Assembly: GCA_964016885.1 (NCBI GenBank)
Contig: OZ024743.1
Span: forward strand, 215,884,001 to 215,948,000
Direction of reading: 5' to 3'
DNA from: Eledone cirrhosa
Taxonomy: Eukaryota
DNA length: 64,000 nucleotides
Made by a program: the position numbers and the translations under genes. Each line of letters starts with the position of its first letter. Positions within the stretch are counted from its first letter, which is position 1. Below are positions 56,350 through 64,000 of the stretch, one piece after another. Under the pieces are notes generated by a model. The model made no database searches and was not told the origin of the DNA. It saw nothing but the letters and a program-made list of their open reading frames with translations.

Positions 56350-56660
56350 TTAACGACATCACTGTTTTAACGACATCACAACTTTCTCCGGCTTAGCCTG
56401 TTACCCCCCCCCCCCCGTTTTTGGAACTCACCCACGTTGATGGGCGTTTGCCCGAAATATTGGGATTAAATCTCCACTACGGTAACCCTTCTACCTTTGT
56501 TTTGTTTTCATCTTTGTCTCTCTCAAATTTCACTTTCTCCTATTTCTCCTATCTATCATTCACTTCCTACCTCGAGATTTCCCATCTGCATTGTTGTGGC
56601 TTTCTAAACTACGTATTTTACACATTCCACAATGCTTCAAGCAAACTTTAACACCCTCTT
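56350..56660 (+). repeat. Short island in (AT)n sharing its 3' tail with 12181-12222
   Basis: ATTCCACAATGCTTCAAGC...CTCTT is present at both 3' ends. Confidence 0.6.
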
Positions 56661-56663
56661 ATG

Positions 56664-56694
<31 letters not shown>

Positions 56695-56913
56695 GTATAT
56701 ATATATATGTATATATATGTATATATATATATATGTATATATATATGTATATATATGTATATATATATATATATATCTATATATATCTATATATATATAT
56801 ATCTATATATATATATGTATATATATATATATGTATATATATATATGTATATATATATGTATGTATGTATATATATATATGTATATATATATATGTATAT
56901 ATATATATATGTC

Positions 56914-56944
<31 letters not shown>

Positions 56945-56995
56945 GTATGTATATATATATATATATGTATATATATGTATATATATATATATATG

Positions 56996-57066
<71 letters not shown>

Positions 57067-57079
57067 GTATATATATATG

Positions 57080-57126
<47 letters not shown>

Positions 57127-57229
57127 GTATATATATATATAAGTATATATATATATATGTATATAAATGTATATATATATATGTATATATATATATGTAT
57201 ATATATATATATGTATATGTATATAAATG

Positions 57230-57263
<34 letters not shown>

Positions 57264-57335
57264 AGTATATATATATATATGTATATAAATGTATATATAT
57301 ATATGTATATATATATATGTATATGTATATAAATG

Positions 57336-57384
<49 letters not shown>

Positions 57385-57401
57385 GTATATATATACATAT
57401 C

Positions 57402-57504
<103 letters not shown>

Positions 57505-57531
57505 GTATATGTATATAAATGTATATATATG

Positions 57532-57564
<33 letters not shown>

Positions 57565-57576
57565 GTATATATAAAC

Positions 57577-57660
<84 letters not shown>

Positions 57661-57661
57661 G

Positions 57662-57734
<73 letters not shown>

Positions 57735-57747
57735 GTATATATATATG

Positions 57748-57823
<76 letters not shown>

Positions 57824-57920
57824 CATATATATATACATATATATATATACATATATATATATATACATATATATATACATATATATATATACATATATAT
57901 ATATATACATATATATATAC

Positions 57921-57994
<74 letters not shown>

Positions 57995-58018
57995 GTATAT
58001 ATATACATATATATATAC

Positions 58019-58234
<216 letters not shown>

Positions 58235-58267
58235 ATATATATATATATGTATGTATATATGTATATA

Positions 58268-58375
<108 letters not shown>

Positions 58376-58393
58376 TGTATATATATGTATATG

Positions 58394-60993
58394 TATTTCG
58401 TTTCTGAATTTGTTTAGCAAGATTCTTTATCTGAAATCGTGTGTTGAAACCGATATTGTTATACTTTGGGAGGGTTATGTTGCCAATAAGAAACACACGC
58501 ACCAGATGCTTTCAATTCAATTTATTATATATTTATAAATTTACAAATCTACAAACTTATAAATTTCTGGTTGGTTGGTTGGTCCCACAACCAGATAGTT
58601 GTTTATATATAGTCATAGTCCTTTCGTCACACTCTGTGACTTCTACAGTGACTGGGGATTCCTTTCTTTGTTTCTGTGCCTTTCCTTTCTTCTATCCTAC
58701 GCCATGTTGTTTCTGTGTGTGTGTAGTGTGCTCAGTTTGCGCATGCGCCACATCCGGGTGTCTGTGTGTGTTTGTGTTCATTTATCTATTTGTTTATAAA
58801 TTTAAGAAAACCCACACAGATAGATGGAACGGGTGGACCAGAGCCATACGGACACCCGAAAACCACGATGAACTGAAGAAAATGATTGCACATGAGGTAG
58901 GGGCCAGCATAAAATTAACCCTTAAGGAACATATGTTCAAATTTAATGGTAAAACATATGCCCAAGAGGAAGGAGCAGCCATTGGTGTTAGCATTGCAGG
59001 CGACATAGCTAACTTATTCATGGCATTGTGGGACAGTAGATTAAACAAAAACTTAAAGAACAATTAGAAGACAGCTTAACCCTGATAATGTACTCCCGCT
59101 ACGTAGATGATATAAACATCGTAGTTAAGACACCCCCACTAAAGAACAGTCAGGAACTAGAGAAAAACACAATGGAAAGCATCCAGCAAATAGCAAACTC
59201 CATCCACCAGAGCATTAGAGTTACTATAGACTACCCAAGTAGACACCCCAACCATCGATTACCTGTACTAGACACAGAGCTCTGGTTAGATATTTATAAA
59301 TTTATAAATTTCTGGTTGGTTGGTTGGTTCCACAACCAGATAGTTGTTTATATATAGTCATAGTCCTTTCGTCACACACTATGTGACCTCTTCAGTGACA
59401 GGGGATTCCTTTCTTTGTTTCTGTGCCTTTCCTTTCTTCTGTCCTACGCCATTTTGTTTGTGTGTGTGTGTTGTGTGCTCAGTTTGCGCATGCGCCACAT
59501 CCGGGTGTCTGTGTGTGTTACTATAGACTACCCAAGTAGACACCCCAACCATCGATTACCTGTACTATACACAGAGCTCTGGTTAGATACCATTAACAAC
59601 CAAAAATAAATCCTTCATTCCCATTATGGCAAACCCATGACTTCCAAACATCTGATCCACCGAAACTCGGCCATTTCGGACCATACCAAAATCAAGATAC
59701 TGATTGCGGATTTGGTACGGGTGATGAGAAATGTGTCCCGCATGTGCAACCCCGAAGAACTAGAGAGACACATACAACACTTCATCCACCGTATGCAGTT
59801 CTCTGGCTACAATCAGAGAGATAGAATCAGAGTGTATAAAGGAGAATGGTAAATAATTACATAAATGGGACCTGACCCTTGTATAGGTGCAAATTTTGGA
59901 ATAGAATAGAAAGAACTAGGAACAAGGTCAATAGAATAAACTCATGGTATGATAGCAATAAATACCAGAGTGTAATGTTCATCAATACAACCCCTAGAGG
60001 CGAACTAGCCTACAAATTTAGAAGGGCCCTAAATAAACATAATCTCAATATTAAGATAGTAGAAAGACCAGGTACCTCCGTAAAAACACTTATTAGCCAG
60101 ACATACCCGTTCCAAAGACACTCATGTATAGATAAGAAATGTATAACCTGTAAAATAAGCCCCCATATTAACTGTAAAACTAGAAATGTAGTGTATAGCA
60201 TAAGATGTACTGAAGGACAATGTAGAAACAAACATATAGTGTACATAGGTGAGACAGCTCGTAGTATAGGGGAACGAATAAATGAACACTGGCGATACCT
60301 TCAAGATAATAAAGAATCATCTGTGCTCTACCAACATGCTAAGATAGAACACAGGGGTAAATTAGAGAACATAGAAAAACAAATAGAATCCACACACAGA
60401 AAAGATGCAATGTTTAGGCAAATTACAGAGGCAGTAAGCATAAAAGAATTACAACCAAAATTAAATAGAAAATATGAGTGGAACAACAACATCACAACTT
60501 AAAATTAAGGACAAAATGAAAACACACACACACATAGAACAAACAACCAACCAACAATAAATAAATAAATAAATAAATAAATAAACAAATAGATAAATGA
60601 ACACAAACACACACAGACACCCGGATGTGGCGCATGCGCAAACTGAGCACACAACACACACACAGAAACGAAATGGCGTAGGACAGAAGAAAGGAAAGGC
60701 ACAGAAACAAAGAAAGGAATCCCCAGTCACTGCAGAGGTCACAGAGTGTGTGACGAAAGGACTATGACTATATATAAACAACTATCTGGTTGTGGAACCA
60801 ACCAACCAACCAGAAATTTATAAGTTTGTAGATTTGTAAATTTATAAATTTATAAATATATAATAAATTGAAGTGAAAGCAACTGGTGCGTGTTTTTCTT
60901 ATTGGCAACATGACCCTCCCAAAGTATAACAATATCGGTTTCAACACACGATTTCAGATAAAGAATCTTGCTAAACAAATTCAGAAACGAAAT
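58394..60993 (+). mobile_element. 5'-truncated PLE copy with two inverted pLTR segments (58394-58795, 59290-59518), RT C-terminus, GIY-YIG (59879-60502) and 3' pLTR
   Basis: Contains QEEGAAIG, RYVDD, CIDKKCITC...NVVYSIRC...YIGETARS. HHR motifs at 58611-58653 (-), 59356-59400 (-) and 60725-60769 (+). Confidence 0.9.
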
Positions 60994-63900
60994 ATCGTAA
61001 GCCTTAGCCAGGCTAACAAAATACTGAAAACCACCATGTTCTGTTGTCTACGAAAAACCATAACATCTCGACAACTATCCTTCATAAAGCTGTGCGCCAC
61101 TTCCAGAATCTACAACAACACCATCAATACCGACGTTAGAAGATTACAACTCACCAAAAAACAAGCAGATTGACTAAAACGAACTTTAATTCTAAACATA
61201 AAAAAGAAGATCTATAGAGAATTAAGTCATCAAGAAAAACAAAAGCGTAACCTAATACAAGAATTAGCTAGAATCACCACACCAACAGAGAAACTAATAT
61301 TTATAAGCCTTATACGCCCCGAAGAACAGTACATTACTCAATAATGTGATAAGCACTTTAACAGGAAACTAAAGTGGCTTAAACAGGCAAAGCTAAATCA
61401 GGATACTATAGAGTATACCAATAGATATACCGACAAAATTGACGGTATCAACATGGCCGACACCTCATTATCAGAAGAGTTCAACAACAAAAACACCAAC
61501 ATTTATGGGAACGCAAAAATAGATAATGATGAAATGTCTGTGTTATGTCTGCCGCCCAAATTTGCGACATTCAAGAAGGTAAATATGATTAGTTGTCTGT
61601 CAGAAATAGAAAAATCATTTACAAAACTACGCTGGAGCATCAAAAACAAAAGCAACGATATACGCACACACATATACAACACGCATTCCAACAACAACAG
61701 ACACACACAGACACAAACAACAATAACAACAACACACACATCAACAACAACAACAATAGCAACATACCCAGAAACAACAACAACAGACACGCAGACACCA
61801 ACAACAATAACAACACACACAACAACGATAACACACACGGAGACAACAACAACACACGTCAACAACAGCACACATCAACAACAACGACACACACGCATTC
61901 AATGCCTCTCACCACCACCACAATCTTAACAAACACACAGACACAGAAAACAAGTAATGACAGTAGCACAGAAATCAGAGAAATAAGGGAAAGTAATAAG
62001 ATTAAAAGGAAAAGCAGATGTGAGACTAAGGACAAAGAGAATAACCAAGACGAACACACAGACACACAAAATAGGGTAGATAACAACATTGAGCCAGTGG
62101 AAAGAGACAGGAGTAATTATGAGAGACATAGAAACAACCATGAGGCTGTTGGTGGAAATAGAAATAGAAACAACACAACTAACAATAACAATAGCACATA
62201 ATGCAGCAGCCTGGAACACTCCGTTTTATAATCCCTCCAATAAATCATTCGACCTGCGACGAGTCCACGCCACGACTTTACCATTTAACAAACGCACGCA
62301 GTTGCCGTCGCAGGTCGATGAACAAACAGAAGCACAATTTAGTATAGCTAAATCCGAACTTAGAAATATTATAGAACAGTATAGCAAGAAGCATAATAGA
62401 ATAGAGGCCCAGCAACTGGGAGAAAAATCTGCAAATAGCTTGCGTAAGCTCATGCAGCGCTCACGTAATGGAGAGATAGCATGCTTTCCAACAGACAAGT
62501 CTGGCAGAATGTCGGTTGACAGCCTGCCAAACTACATCCAGGCAATGCAACCCCACATCACTAACACAAGAGAGGTAACACCACAGGAGCATGAGGATAG
62601 AGAAAAAGCCCTCAATGCCCATATGGTGATGTGGACGAATATAATGCAGCCCAACAAAAGGACTGCCAACAACTTCCATGCCTGGAACAATGACGTGCCG
62701 GCGTTGTATGGGCTTCGAAAAGACCATAAAACGGGCTGTGACCCTGTCGCGGGACCACCAACACGGCCAGTCTGTGGAGCTAACATTGCTAGTAACTACA
62801 GACTGTCCTACTTCCTCTCCCTGATCATACGCCCCATCATTGAGATGTCCCCAGATGTATGTGACAGCACGGAGGACCTCCTCAGCAGAATCGGCGCGAG
62901 TAACCGATCTGGGGACCTAACAAACTGCATAATAGGCAGTATGGATGTTGTGTCCCTGTATCCATCTATTGACGTGGATTTTGCTGTGGAGAAATGCGTA
63001 GAAATGATCAGCCAGAGCAAGGTTGAGTTCCGTGGGATTGATACCAGTGAGCTGGAACTTCTACTTAAGCTTACCCATAGTAATAGTTACCTAGACATTT
63101 ATGACCTTAGCAACCTGTGCCCTACAAGACCAGCAAGAGGCAGACCACCTACCATTACCTCAATGGCCAAGAAAACCCACACAGATAGATGGAACGGGTG
63201 GACCAGAGCCATACGGACACCCGAAAACCACGATGAACTGAAGAAAATGATTGCACATGCGGTAGGGGCCAGCATAAAATTAACCCTTAAGGAACATATG
63301 TTCAAATTTAATGGTAAAACATATGCCCAAGAGGAAGGAGCAGCCATTGGTGTTAGCATTGCAGGCGACATAGCTAACTTATTCATGGTATGGTGGGACA
63401 GTAGACTTAAACAAAAACTTAAAGAACAATTAGAAGACAGCTTAACCCTGATAATGTACTCCCGCTACGTAGATGATATAAACATCGTAGTTAAGACACC
63501 CCCACTAAAGAACAGTCAGGAACTAGAGAAAAACACAATGGAAAGCATCCAGCAAATAGCAAACTCCATCCACCAGAGCATTAGAGTTACTATAGACTAC
63601 CCAAGTAGACACCCCAACCATCGATTACCTGTACTAGACACAGAGCTCTAGTTAGATACCATTAACAACCAAAAACAAATCCTCCATTCCCATTATGCCA
63701 AACCTATGACTTCCAAACATCTGATGCACCGAAACTCGGCCTTTTCGGACCATACCAAAATCAACATACTGATTGCGGATTTGGTACGGGTGATGAGAAA
63801 TGTGTCCTGCATATGCAACCCCGAAGAACTAGAGAGACACATACAACACTTCTTCCACCGTATGCAGTTCTCTGGCTACAATCAGAGAGATAGAATCAGA

Positions 63901-64000
63901 GTGTATAGAGGAGCCAGAACCAAATGGGAAAAAATGGTAAATAATTACATAAATGGGACCTACCCCTTGTATAGGAGCAAATTTTGGAATAGAATAGAAA
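60994..64000 (+). mobile_element. Second, tandem copy of the same PLE (N-terminus + RT), running off the window; has nonsense mutations
   Basis: ORFs 60886, 61453 and 62089 are in one frame. Contains TDKSGR, LYGLRKDHK, GPPTRPVC, GSMDVVSLYPSI and RYVDD. TAG at 63649 is TGG in the upstream copy. Confidence 0.92.

Noticed and set aside
56430-56465. CCCA-CGTTGAT-GGGC gttt GCCC-GAAA-TAT-TGGG HHR-like shape
   Set aside because: The core has three or more mismatches to CTGANGA. At best a dead remnant, so it was not counted.
61171-61173. In-frame TGA in the PLE ORF as possible selenocysteine (as in some Naiad PLEs)
   Set aside because: The same frame also has TAA (~61342) and TAG (63649), the endonuclease is C-terminal, and no SECIS was recognised. 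Ordinary decay is more likely.

Overview
Very AT-rich animal genomic DNA, probably cephalopod/octopus (inferred from the SINE and LINE-tail sequences). No host protein-coding gene is recognisable, and there is a 200-N gap at 28411-28610. About half the window is interrupted (AT)n microsatellite, and all the YIYI ORFs are artefacts of it. Nearly every island between the arrays is a retroelement: three kinds of Penelope-like element (PLE; RT + GIY-YIG), two CR1-type LINEs, RTE-derived pieces and tRNA-derived SINEs. The main unexplained signal is about 17 type-I hammerhead ribozyme (HHR) motifs from about 7 sequence families in the PLE pseudo-LTR (pLTR) islands. Most families carry their own palindromic stem III, two have compensatory core variants (U3-A8, A3-U8), and one has a 116-nt stem II. 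Many islands are asymmetric fold-back hairpins embedded in (AT)n. All pairings were read by eye; family and clade names come from remembered motifs, not database searches.
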